Assembly: GCA_043824495.1 (NCBI GenBank)
Contig: JBDRSV010000005.1
Coordinates: 1 to 64,000, forward strand
DNA from: Candidatus Aenigmatarchaeota archaeon
GTDB taxonomy: Archaea > Aenigmatarchaeota > Aenigmatarchaeia > QMZP01
Length of the DNA stretch: 64,000 nucleotides
Reading direction: 5' to 3'
Positions 47,859 to 57,444 of this stretch are shown one piece after another; within the stretch, counting starts at the first letter, position 1, and the number at the start of each line of letters is the position of its first letter. The translations under genes and the position numbers were made by a program. A model generated the notes under the pieces. The model worked only from the letters and a program-made list of their open reading frames with translations, did not search any database and was not told the DNA's origin.

Positions 47859-48443
47859 ATGCCGTTCAAGATTATCCTAGTTGATGGAGACGGTGCCGGA
47901 GTGAGCGGTGTCGATATCCAACTCAATTTCCATGGTGTAAAGCCGGATGAAAGATTCACAGTAGGCACAACTGACGCAAACGGTGAGTTGGAACTGGCAG
48001 TCACCACCGTTGACGATGTAGAACTGAAGAGCGCAATCTTTGATATCTCGTTGGACGGTGAGAATTTCATGGAATGCGCGACCTTCACCTACGTTCCTGG
48101 TGAATCTCTGAAACTGAGTAAAATTCCAGTTTCAATGGCCACTTCGCCAGACAGTTTCCAAGTTCTGATCTTACAGGAAAACGACAATACACCAGTAGAA
48201 GGTGCAAGTGTCGCGATGCTCAAGGGAGGCAAGGTCGTTTGGAGCACACTGACAAGTGAGCATGGCCTCGCAACCATAGACAACGCGCAAACCGAAAAAT
48301 GTGAGTTGTGGGTCCAAGGTTCTCTCGTTAAGATCCGTGATGAACTCCATGATGACAGAGGAACCATTCGCATTGTTCATGTGGGCGAGCCCGATGGAAC
48401 TACATGGGCACTTGTCACAGGGATCGATGCCGACGAAGAATAA
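47859..48443 (+). CDS. Tandem prealbumin/carboxypeptidase-regulatory-like beta-sandwich protein
   Basis: VDGDGAGVSGVDIQL..TTDANG and NTPVEGASV..TSEHG repeats; SD AAGGAG. Confidence 0.7.
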   Translation: MPFKIILVDGDGAGVSGVDIQLNFHGVKPDERFTVGTTDANGELELAVTTVDDVELKSAIFDISLDGENFMECATFTYVPGESLKLSKIPVSMATSPDSFQVLILQENDNTPVEGASVAMLKGGKVVWSTLTSEHGLATIDNAQTEKCELWVQGSLVKIRDELHDDRGTIRIVHVGEPDGTTWALVTGIDADEE

Positions 48444-48517
48444 TCATATGTCCTACGACAAAGAATTCATTGAATGGGAGTTATAATCACACCCCACTAA
48501 CCAGAAGGAGTACACCC

Positions 48518-49150
48518 ATGTACAGAGTTTCGTTAGGGAGGGATGGAGTTAAAGTTGAGCTCGATTGCTCCAAAACAACACCGGACACCGGAACCGCTGA
48601 AGCCGTCACGACTGCGAATGGCGGCGTCGCCGAGTTTCAGGTCACCGTGAATGGAACCGAAATTGACGGCGAATTAATCACATTGAAGCTGAACGGCGCC
48701 GAATTTGCGGACGGAGCGCAGTTCACTTACACACCCGGTGAAATCCTGGAACTTCATGAGGTTCCTGCTGTCACAGTGACATCACCCGCAGAATTCCGTG
48801 TCCGGGTTCTGAGGGTAGCGACAGATGCCGAAACGGTTCCAGTACCTGTGCAGGACGTATCTGTTCTGATCACCGAGTCAGATAGCAGCAAAATTCTCCT
48901 GAACACACGGACGGACGCCAGGGGATTTGCTATTATGGTAGAACCAACCGGTGAAGAGATCAGGATCTTTGTCGACGGTGTGGATCTTGATATCGATCCT
49001 CCCTACGGTGACGCAGGAACCGTTCACGTCGTGTTCGTGGACGATGTCGACGAGGGGACCAACTGGGTTCTCACAACCCCGCTTGGTGTCAAGGTCGAGG
49101 ATGCCGGCGACTTAGCCGACAAAACCAAAGAAGTGTCGCAGCAGTCGTAA
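48518..49150 (+). CDS. Paralog of 47859..48443 (start revised to 48518)
   Basis: Same AAGGAGTACA(A/C)CCATG context; shares A.FTY.PGE.L.L and a W.L C-terminal motif. Confidence 0.72.
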   Translation: MYRVSLGRDGVKVELDCSKTTPDTGTAEAVTTANGGVAEFQVTVNGTEIDGELITLKLNGAEFADGAQFTYTPGEILELHEVPAVTVTSPAEFRVRVLRVATDAETVPVPVQDVSVLITESDSSKILLNTRTDARGFAIMVEPTGEEIRIFVDGVDLDIDPPYGDAGTVHVVFVDDVDEGTNWVLTTPLGVKVEDAGDLADKTKEVSQQS

Positions 49151-49166
49151 TTCACGGCGACACCAC

Positions 49167-49196
49167 ACAAACTCGTGCCGGGGATGGGTTCATGCC
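49167..49196 (+). other. GC-rich hairpin between cargo genes
   Basis: GCCGGGGATGGG-TTCATG-CCTGTCCTCGGC forms 12 pairs including G-U. Confidence 0.5.
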
Positions 49197-49223
49197 TGTC
49201 CTCGGCTCCTGAAGGAGATGAAC

Positions 49224-49388
49224 ATGGGATTCTGGTTAAGATCTGCTGATGATGGTTCAGAAGGTCTTTCGGTTCTCGAGATAGTGGGAGTTGCTATCAT
49301 CGCTGGAATCGTGTTGGTGGCAGCTATTAGTGTGCCTATTATCATTTTTTCCCCTAAGATCAATAATCAGAGAAACAAAACCATATGA
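49224..49388 (+). CDS. 54-aa type IV pilin-like peptide (not in ORF track)
   Basis: SD GAAGGAG; G|LSVLEIVGVAIIAGIVLVAAISVP matches a class III signal with Glu at +5 and the pilin N-terminal helix. Confidence 0.6.
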   Translation: MGFWLRSADDGSEGLSVLEIVGVAIIAGIVLVAAISVPIIIFSPKINNQRNKTI

Positions 49389-49414
49389 GAAGATGTGAAT
49401 TTTGCTCTGATTGT

Positions 49415-49439
49415 TTTATATTGTCTACTTAAAGGGATA
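49415..49439 (+). repeat. Right-end motif copy 4
   Basis: TTTATATTGTCTACTTAAAGGGATA, 50 bp upstream of tRNA-Ser. Confidence 0.9.
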
Positions 49440-49489
49440 AAATAGAATGAAAAATAACTTAAATACGGCAGTGTATATTCTTCTTATAT

Positions 49490-49571
49490 GCCGGGATGGC
49501 AGAATGGTTAATGCGCACGACTGGAAATCGTGTGCCCTTTGGGCTTGGGGGTTCGAATCCCTCTCCCGGCG
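49490..49571 (+). tRNA. tRNA-Ser (anticodon GGA)
   Basis: GCCGGGA/TCCCGGC acceptor stem, CACGA-CTGGAAA-TCGTG anticodon arm, long variable arm GCCC-TTT-GGGC, T-arm and G73. Confidence 0.95.
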
Positions 49572-49713
49572 TTTCTTTATTTAATAAGGTCACAGAAATA
49601 AACAAAAGATCTAAATAATGTATTTTAATGTGCCCTTACAGAAAATGTATGCATGGGCACCAAATTAAACAAAAATAGATAATTTTATATATTATTGTGC
49701 CCATATATAAAAT

Positions 49714-50652
49714 ATGGTTTATTTAGAGAAGATTCAGAGAAGAGACAAAACTTATTACTACGTCACAAAAAACTTTAGGATCAACGATAAGAAATGGAAA
49801 AAAATAAGAAAATATGTAGGTAACACTCCTCCTTCAAAAGAAGACACAAAAAAAGCAATAAAGGAGATTGAGAGAGAAGCAATAGAAAGAAACCTGAAGA
49901 AGTCCTCTTCTAAGTATAATTACCTGAGCAATGAAGAAGCGGAAAAGTTGCAGGACTTGAAAGAGATTTTTAACAAATGGTACGGAAAGCTGACTGGTAT
50001 TGCGAAAAAAAAATATGAAGAGGATTTTGTTGTAAGATTCACATATAATTCGAATGCTATTGAAGGCAATCGTTTAAGTCTTCGTGAAACAAGTATGATT
50101 TTAACAGAAAATATAATACCTTCGGGTGCTATACCTAATGATTACAATGAAACTATCAACTCAAAAGACTGCTATGAATTCATGAAAGAGTATAAAGGAG
50201 AATTCAATCAGAAATTTCTACTCAAGATCCAGGAGCTTCTCACAAAGAATACTAATTGTAGGATTACAGGAAGATACAGGGATCATGAAGTTAGGATTTC
50301 TGGTTCTGAATGGATTCCTCCTCCACATAAAAAAGTCAAAGAGGAAATGAGAAAGGTTTTTCAATGGTACTATTCTGCTAGTAAGAAGTTACATCCTGTG
50401 GAGCTCGGAGCAATTCTGCATAATAAATTAATAAGAATTCATCCATTCTCTGACGGAAACGGGAGAACATCAAGGGTTGTAATGAATTGGATATTAATGA
50501 GGAGTGATTTCCCTATGGTTTACATAGAATTAAAAGATAAGGCGGCGTATTATGATGCTATTGAACAGGGAGACAAAGGAAAAGATGATGCAATAGTACA
50601 TTACATTACCTCTACTCTTATGAAACAGCACACGTTTAAACCGGAAAATTAG
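49714..50652 (+). CDS. Fic family protein
   Basis: Canonical Fic motif HPFSDGNGRTSR; TYNSNAIEGN. Confidence 0.93.
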   Translation: MVYLEKIQRRDKTYYYVTKNFRINDKKWKKIRKYVGNTPPSKEDTKKAIKEIEREAIERNLKKSSSKYNYLSNEEAEKLQDLKEIFNKWYGKLTGIAKKKYEEDFVVRFTYNSNAIEGNRLSLRETSMILTENIIPSGAIPNDYNETINSKDCYEFMKEYKGEFNQKFLLKIQELLTKNTNCRITGRYRDHEVRISGSEWIPPPHKKVKEEMRKVFQWYYSASKKLHPVELGAILHNKLIRIHPFSDGNGRTSRVVMNWILMRSDFPMVYIELKDKAAYYDAIEQGDKGKDDAIVHYITSTLMKQHTFKPEN

Positions 50653-50763
50653 TCATTAAATTTCAAGAATCCCAGTCCCGGTGTCTTAAAAAGCAATCCT
50701 AGTTTAATAATAATGGAACTTGTATAAGGGTTTCATGACTAAGGAAGACATAAAAACAAAAAT

Positions 50764-52128
50764 CTAAACTCTCCGATACAGGTTAATAGTAAATGAATCT
50801 CCAAAATGAAGTTTTGAATTGAAAGTCTTGTTAAGGTAGTATTTTCCTGGAAGTATATCCTCTATGTCTCTTGAGAGATCAGGAGTAAAGAACCCATCTA
50901 AAACAATGATATCAAAGAATCTATTATCAACCGCTTCTTTAAAATCATTAAATGTCGATAGAGTGTCCCCATCATAATCTAAGTAGAATGTTGCATGAGT
51001 TTGCTTATTTGGTTCTCTCATAAAATAATATATATATGAATTTGATTCTCCAAGAATAATATTAGCATCGGGCATGCTTCTTATATAATCCACTGGTTCA
51101 GATATATTTGGATACGAACGGTCTAAATAATACACAAAAAATCCAGATGATATTACAAAGGCAATCAAAACAATACCCCCAATTTTTACTCGTAGTCTTA
51201 CAATTCCAGCAGCCATGAGAGGAGAGAGAAAAATAAATGGATATGCCATGTGCTTAAACATTGTATACTCAAAATTGAAAGTGAATACATGAAAAATAAA
51301 CATTAAGAGAGATCCGAATAACAAATATTTCCATTCCTTGATCCTATTCTTTGCCAATAATGCCAAAGAGAAGGGAATGACAAAGTAGAAAAGAATACTA
51401 ATAAATCTCGTAATATCGATTTGAGCTAATGAATTTAGATGCTTATCAGAGAAAAATGATAATAATGATATCAAAGAAGAAAAGAACAATATAGCATAAA
51501 TAGAAAGAAATAATAAAAATACAATCAAGAAGTATAGGCCCTTCTTTTTATTTTTAGAATAAATGAATGGGAATAAGACTACTGTATATATTATTGCAAT
51601 ATATTTTGATATTACTGAGAAGAAAAATGATATCGGTGATAGATAAAATCCTTTATTTTTTGATCCAGCAATTGCAAAGTAAAAACCAGCAGATAGGAAA
51701 AAGATGGAGAATATTTCAAACGATACCATTCTACTGACAAATATGAATGGCGCATTTAAAACAAATATGGAAAGAGATACAAGAGCTAGCTTTCTATCTA
51801 ATAGTTCTCTAGATGTAAGATAGACAAAAAATGAAGTCCCAGTAGCTAAAATTACACTGAGCAAGCGTGCTGCAAAAAGTCCTCCGATTAAATCCATTAT
51901 TCCATAAATTAATGGGAAAAGAGTACTACCAAATATATATCTTGGAGGATCGCCACCAAAATCATAAATATCCCGTAACTCATTCCCTATGATAAGATAC
52001 TGTGACTCATCAGTGAAAATAGTATTGAAATTCAGATTAGCAGCCTCGAAAAGGAAGAACAGAACAAGTATGATAACAAGGATGTATTTGGCATCAGTTC
52101 TTTGTATCCATTCAGGCACCGAATTCAT
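50764..52128 (-). CDS. GT-C (ArnT/PMT-like) membrane glycosyltransferase
   Basis: FTDESQY first-loop acidic motif, about 11 TM segments and an external C-terminal domain. Confidence 0.75.
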   Translation of the reverse strand: MNSVPEWIQRTDAKYILVIILVLFFLFEAANLNFNTIFTDESQYLIIGNELRDIYDFGGDPPRYIFGSTLFPLIYGIMDLIGGLFAARLLSVILATGTSFFVYLTSRELLDRKLALVSLSIFVLNAPFIFVSRMVSFEIFSIFFLSAGFYFAIAGSKNKGFYLSPISFFFSVISKYIAIIYTVVLFPFIYSKNKKKGLYFLIVFLLFLSIYAILFFSSLISLLSFFSDKHLNSLAQIDITRFISILFYFVIPFSLALLAKNRIKEWKYLLFGSLLMFIFHVFTFNFEYTMFKHMAYPFIFLSPLMAAGIVRLRVKIGGIVLIAFVISSGFFVYYLDRSYPNISEPVDYIRSMPDANIILGESNSYIYYFMREPNKQTHATFYLDYDGDTLSTFNDFKEAVDNRFFDIIVLDGFFTPDLSRDIEDILPGKYYLNKTFNSKLHFGDSFTINLYRRV

Positions 52129-52256
52129 AAAACATTATTTCTTTAGAATCATAAATATCTAATGTTCCATTTGGGCTTGGGGGTTCAAATCCCTCCTCCG
52201 GCGTCTTTTCTATATCAGACCTAGTTATATAAAATTTACTATGTTTAATCTTTTAC

Positions 52257-52622
52257 ATGAACTTCGACGATATGTTCAAACCATATTCTCCTAAAATTAG
52301 AGGAGATCTGAAAATATACTTAAGAGAACATGATGGAATGAGAGCAGATAGTCTATTTCATGGTTCTGAGTACTTTTTTGTTATCAGAGATAAAGGGTGG
52401 ATGATTCCAGGTTATACATATATAAGAGTGAATCAAAGTCCTATTCCAGATATTGGTTATTTTGTAAATGATGATTTTTTGTTAGAAAGTATGGGAACTG
52501 GAGACCCTAATATGAGTCTTATGGGTGCAAAAAAAGGTATTTATGATCCAAGTGATGCATTAAAAGACCGAACGTGGTCAATTTCAGGTTTGGAGCTTGA
52601 ACCCGACATCTTCGAAGTTTAA
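52257..52622 (+). CDS. Hypothetical protein
   Basis: 121-aa ORF; no recognised motif. Confidence 0.6.
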   Translation: MNFDDMFKPYSPKIRGDLKIYLREHDGMRADSLFHGSEYFFVIRDKGWMIPGYTYIRVNQSPIPDIGYFVNDDFLLESMGTGDPNMSLMGAKKGIYDPSDALKDRTWSISGLELEPDIFEV

Positions 52623-53701
52623 TAAACAACAACATCAGCGTTTTCTTTCAGACTTTTTACGTAGCTAGTTAAGATTGTGTTCTGTTTATCAGTTAGGAGT
52701 TCTCCTGAAAGTTGTTCTTTTACGTCAGAGAAAGAAAGCATTTTAGCGTTTTTCTTTCCTGTTAGCATGATAACATGATAACCGAATTCTGTCTGTACAG
52801 GAGTTTCTGTGTATTCTCCAACTGCTTTTAAAGAGAATGCTGCAGTCTCGAACTCTGGAACCATTGCTCCTACGCCAAAGTATCCCAAGTCACCACCTAC
52901 TGTGGCACTAGGTCCTATTGAGTTTTCTTTTGCTAAAGTGGCGAAATTCTCTCCTAGACCAAGCTTTTTGATTAGATCTTCTGCTTCTTCTTTTGTGTTA
53001 ACTAAAATGTGACTTGCACTGATTTGTTCCTCTGTGATGAAAGCATCAGAATTCTGATCATAAAAGTCCTTGAGTTCTTGTTCAGTGACAATAACATTAC
53101 TGGTTATTGAATCGGTAATGAAAGAGTTGATTGTAATCTGTCTCTGGACATAATCAATGAATGAGTCATAATTGATATTGTTGGCATTCAGTGATTCTAA
53201 GAATTGTTCCATGTCAAATGAAGGGTTCTGTGAAAGAATAGTCTCGGCTTCACTTGAGTTTGTTGAATATCCTTGTTTTTGAGCTTCTTGTAATAATAAT
53301 TTCTCAGTTACTGTGTTATCTATAAGCTGCTCTTCTGGTATTTGATCCCTGTAGCTAGCTGGAACTCCCTGAAGGAATAAGTATATTGAGACGTCATCAT
53401 TGAAGCTGTTAGTGTAAATATTTTCACCATTCACTTGTGCAGTAATGTCTTGATCTTGACTCATGAGGATTTGTCCATCACTTATCATTGCTCCAGTAGT
53501 ATCTGAGTTTGCATAAAAACCGCCATATAGAACGGCCAATGCACCAACTATAATAATAACGATAATGGCTAGAATAGCATAAGACTTTCTAGAAGAAGAT
53601 GTCTTCTTCTCAGTAACTTTCTTGTTCTCAGTGTTCTTAATCTCTTCTTTCTTTGTCTCAGGTTGAGAATTCACTTTATCAGCTTTTGAGTCCTTTTCCA
53701 T
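52619..53701 (-). CDS. SurA/PrsA-like foldase with parvulin (PpiC) PPIase domain
   Basis: TM anchor, AQVNGENI SurA-N region, ASHILV, GGDLGYF and MVPEFETAAF..FGYHVI. Confidence 0.9.
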   Translation of the reverse strand: MEKDSKADKVNSQPETKKEEIKNTENKKVTEKKTSSSRKSYAILAIIVIIIVGALAVLYGGFYANSDTTGAMISDGQILMSQDQDITAQVNGENIYTNSFNDDVSIYLFLQGVPASYRDQIPEEQLIDNTVTEKLLLQEAQKQGYSTNSSEAETILSQNPSFDMEQFLESLNANNINYDSFIDYVQRQITINSFITDSITSNVIVTEQELKDFYDQNSDAFITEEQISASHILVNTKEEAEDLIKKLGLGENFATLAKENSIGPSATVGGDLGYFGVGAMVPEFETAAFSLKAVGEYTETPVQTEFGYHVIMLTGKKNAKMLSFSDVKEQLSGELLTDKQNTILTSYVKSLKENADVVVY

Positions 53702-53925
53702 TAAATCGCCTTCTATTTCTTATGTACTTAGCAATATTAGATCATTATGTTTTTTAAGTGTTATGGATCTAAGGTCCACATTCAGGATAATATGGTGGAT
53801 ATTGTGCACTCGAATTCAGGAATTCTATCCATCTCGGGATTCTCAACCTCCAATTAAAGAAGTTTTTTCAAATTAAACATGTTCTTATAATACCTGAATA
53901 TAACCATCGAGAAAGGAGAGATTAT

Positions 53926-54195
53926 ATGACATATGTAATTATTAGACATGAAGTTAAAGACTACAGAACATGGAAAAAGGCCTTTGATGATCATGGATCA
54001 ATGCGAAAAGAAAATGGAGAGCAAAGTATACAAATCTTCAGAGAAGCAGACCATGAAAACGTGATCATAGCTATGGCAAAATGGGACACACTTGAAAGAG
54101 CAAAACAATTCTTTGAATCCGACGATCTGAAAAAAGGAATGGAAGAAGCTGGTGTTGTAGGAAAGCCTCATATGCATTTCTTGAATGAAATCTGA
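53926..54195 (+). CDS. Small ABM/cyclase-like dimeric alpha-beta barrel protein
   Basis: IRHEVKDYRTWKKAFD..F.SDDLKKGMEEAGV. Confidence 0.7.
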   Translation: MTYVIIRHEVKDYRTWKKAFDDHGSMRKENGEQSIQIFREADHENVIIAMAKWDTLERAKQFFESDDLKKGMEEAGVVGKPHMHFLNEI

Positions 54196-54327
54196 ATTAA
54201 TTGTGTATAATAAAAACCAGGTCGGACATATACAATATGTAGTGGAGTACTGAGCTATTTATGTAAATCCCTCTTGGGATTCCAATTCTTATTGGTATCG
54301 GTTTTGGCGTAAACTTGGGACTTTAAA

Positions 54328-56817
54328 CTAAATCTGAATATTTATTCCAGCGTCATCTAGGATTTGCTGAGCTTGTTGTTTTTCTGATTGTGTTGGATTT
54401 GGAGTAGGAACTCCACTCATATCAACATTCCCACAGTCATTCGGATTCTCTGCTCCTGCAAATAAAATGTCTATAAGCCACCCTAAATCTAAAGCGTCAA
54501 TCTGTCCATCACCATTAATATCCCCAGATTCAACAGGAATTGGTTCTGCCCCTCCTGCAAAAAGATAATCAATTAAATAACCGAGATCTAAGGCATCTAT
54601 AAAGCCAGATGCGTCTACATCACCGCATCCACAATCCACATTGTATAATTCACAGACATTGACTTCATTCCCAATTGAAGAGATATATGGCAAAAACGGA
54701 CACCAACCACCTCCCCAAACATCAATCCAATAGTCTAGATTTTCCTCTATATCTATTGGCCTCCCATCACATGTTTCCCCTGGCATCACATCACAAAAAT
54801 CACTAATATCATCTTTAATAATAATCGAACTAGGTTTTACATGCCAACTCCAGGGGGAATTAAAGTTAGCATTGTTTCTAAAGACTCTTCCCCCACCCTC
54901 TCCACCACATAACCCATAATCCCCAACCCAAGCAATTGCATTGTTTATAGACTCCTCATCTGTTACAAGAATTGTGGCAGTGCGTTCGGGAGTTTCAATT
55001 ACAGAACCATTTGTGAGCCCCACAGTTAAATTAAAAAATCTACCTTTTCCGAACCTTTCTATGCAATACCCGTACTCTTCTACACAAACTTTCTCTTTAG
55101 GACAACCGCAAGTGTTGCATTGATCAGACACAAATCCAATATTCCCATTATAGTCATAACCACATAAAGAATAATCCTCGTAGCGATCATCAGAAAAACA
55201 CTCTCCAAATTGAACTTCTGTGTCTGTACCTGGGTCATAACAAACACTACGGGGTATAATTAGAGATATGGCTACTAAAGCCCAATTATCATTTGTTTGT
55301 AAGACTCTTATCTCCATATTATTAAATTCATCAATATACGTCTGACCTTCTTCAAGATATACATACCCATAATCATAACAACCTTGAGAACAATCTCCAA
55401 GAGTAGAGTTTCCTGGATGCAAATTTAAAAGTACTGAATTCCCCAACCAATATCCTACGTTTGTCCCATTTTCATCATGAAGATAATTGTCACCCTTGCC
55501 TAACTTTATTAGGACGCCATTTTCTTGAGTTTTGATAGAGTCAAAACCAGTATTTGTTTTATACTCTAAAAAGTAATAATTCATTCCAAAAACATCAAAA
55601 AGATTTACTTCTGGAGAACCCTCCCCAGCCTTGAATGTAATATTGTTTTCGCTCCAATTAATCGGAATCTTTAATCCTTTTATTTCATTACCTGTGGCCA
55701 GAGTATTTATGGGGCTTATAAAATAAGTTCCTTCAGTCACTTCAGGAACATTCGCGTCAGCAATCCATCCCAAATTAACAAGTCTAAACCCTAGACCAAA
55801 AGTTTTAAACGGATTTGCCTCCCCCATAACATCATAAAAATCGCCGTACTCCCGGTACGTGCATTTGTGACCTAGAGTTGATTCATTTTCTAGTTCTCCA
55901 CCAAACAATTGTTGAGTTTCACTCCCCCCACATATAAGAACAGAAGCATGACCTAATCCAAAATTATGTCCCATTTCATGAGCGAGAATTCCAAAATGGG
56001 GGTTCTCGTGAAAAAAAGTATTGAACCAAATTTGATATAGTTTAACATTGCCTTCATCAGTAAAAGCGTCTAATTTCCCTAAGGAAGCAAGCCCTGGATA
56101 CCAACTACACGAAGTGTTCGGATGAAATACAATTAATCCATCATATTCTGTAAAATTGATAAAAGGATCTATTTTTCTAATTGCATCCGTATAAATATCT
56201 CCTTCAAAACACAAAGATTCATTAAAACTAAAATTTCCAACATAACCAGAACTAACACCGGCTTTCCCGTAGGAAGATTCATTAATAAAAGCATTTGTTA
56301 GATTAAACGTGTAATTCGTATAAGTCATAAAATCAAACTGAGTTTCATTTTCTCTAAAGAAAAAAACAACAGCGTATTTTTGTTCTCCAAGCGTTGGAGG
56401 CCAGGGTTCCAAATCACCGGCATTTTTATCTCCAGTCGTTTCAATAGAATCTACAATAAATTTATCTCCTTCTATAATTCCCAAAACACTAACTTCCCCT
56501 ACATAAACCCTAAGAAAATTATCTTCAAACTCCAACTCATATCTTTTTCCATCATCAGTCCTCATATAATAAGTATATTCTGCTCTATTATTCTCAAAAT
56601 CATCCACAATAATTGTTTCAATGGTCCCTGTAAACTCAATAATATTTGTTTCAGTCTCCAAAGGTACACTTACCTCAGCAGGTTCTGTCATCAAAGGAGC
56701 AACTAAAGGAACCCTAAATTGCCCAGCAGGACTCTCATACACAGAAGAAATAGCAAACACTCCTACTATTACTATGCAAGCAAAAATAATTGAATATGAT
56801 AATGGAGTTAAACCCAT
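54328..56817 (-). CDS. Secreted zinc metalloprotease (M6/M11-like) with C-terminal dockerin-like domain
   Basis: HEMGHNFGLGH metzincin motif, EYGDFYDVMG Met-turn and duplicated GDxDxxGxxDALDL..LID.LFAG. Confidence 0.82.
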   Translation of the reverse strand: MGLTPLSYSIIFACIVIVGVFAISSVYESPAGQFRVPLVAPLMTEPAEVSVPLETETNIIEFTGTIETIIVDDFENNRAEYTYYMRTDDGKRYELEFEDNFLRVYVGEVSVLGIIEGDKFIVDSIETTGDKNAGDLEPWPPTLGEQKYAVVFFFRENETQFDFMTYTNYTFNLTNAFINESSYGKAGVSSGYVGNFSFNESLCFEGDIYTDAIRKIDPFINFTEYDGLIVFHPNTSCSWYPGLASLGKLDAFTDEGNVKLYQIWFNTFFHENPHFGILAHEMGHNFGLGHASVLICGGSETQQLFGGELENESTLGHKCTYREYGDFYDVMGEANPFKTFGLGFRLVNLGWIADANVPEVTEGTYFISPINTLATGNEIKGLKIPINWSENNITFKAGEGSPEVNLFDVFGMNYYFLEYKTNTGFDSIKTQENGVLIKLGKGDNYLHDENGTNVGYWLGNSVLLNLHPGNSTLGDCSQGCYDYGYVYLEEGQTYIDEFNNMEIRVLQTNDNWALVAISLIIPRSVCYDPGTDTEVQFGECFSDDRYEDYSLCGYDYNGNIGFVSDQCNTCGCPKEKVCVEEYGYCIERFGKGRFFNLTVGLTNGSVIETPERTATILVTDEESINNAIAWVGDYGLCGGEGGGRVFRNNANFNSPWSWHVKPSSIIIKDDISDFCDVMPGETCDGRPIDIEENLDYWIDVWGGGWCPFLPYISSIGNEVNVCELYNVDCGCGDVDASGFIDALDLGYLIDYLFAGGAEPIPVESGDINGDGQIDALDLGWLIDILFAGAENPNDCGNVDMSGVPTPNPTQSEKQQAQQILDDAGINIQI

Positions 56818-56920
56818 AATATAGTATTGTGTAATAACATATAATAATCATATACAAGAGCTTGAACTATTGTCTTAATCCTTCTCGGGGCTTTATTACA
56901 CTAGAGACCAATGTATCAAT

Positions 56921-57334
56921 ATGCTTGTCAAGAACGTGATGAAGAAGGATGTCACTACAGCTTCAGAGGAGACGACAATCCAGGAAGCGTCAAGAATAAT
57001 GGCGGACAATCATATAGGATGTCTAGTTATTACTAAAAACAATACAGTCACAGGCATAGTCACAGAGTATGATATTTTGAGGTCTGTTGCTGAAGGTAAG
57101 GATGCAGAAAAGAAAACAGTTGCACATATAATGACACCATATATTCATGCTGTCACACCTGACCAGAAACTTGAAGCAGCGATTAAAATCTTGAAAAAGG
57201 AAAGAATAAAAAAACTTCTGGTGATGGACGGAAGAAAGCTGATAGGAATTCTCACAGCTACTGATATTATAATCAGCCAACCACAAATGATATCTGAACT
57301 GAAGTCTGTATTAAAAAAGAAGAGATCAGGTTGA
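56921..57334 (+). CDS. CBS domain protein
   Basis: VKNVMKKDV..HIGCLVI..GIVTEYD and GILTATD. Confidence 0.9.
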   Translation: MLVKNVMKKDVTTASEETTIQEASRIMADNHIGCLVITKNNTVTGIVTEYDILRSVAEGKDAEKKTVAHIMTPYIHAVTPDQKLEAAIKILKKERIKKLLVMDGRKLIGILTATDIIISQPQMISELKSVLKKKRSG

Positions 57335-57444
57335 ATGTCTAGATCGGTGGTGAAAAATGGGAGCCTGAAGAAAAACCTTGTCCTCGGTATACTCCTGACG
57401 GTCAAATGATATGGTAAACGAGTCCGATATACATTGAAAATAAC

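Larger units (their letters stand above)
47284..49439 (+). mobile_element. Cassette-like element E4 (four co-oriented cargo genes)
   Basis: Left box TCATGCTCCACAATTCACGCCA at 47284, CTTTTGAC at +29, TGTATTTTAGG at +74; right motif at 49415-49439; GC-richer cargo. Confidence 0.72.
49538..52204. mobile_element. tRNA-Ser-anchored islet with att-like direct repeats and no integrase
   Basis: The 35-bp tRNA 3' segment at 49538-49572 recurs at 52170-52204 with three mismatches. Confidence 0.7.
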
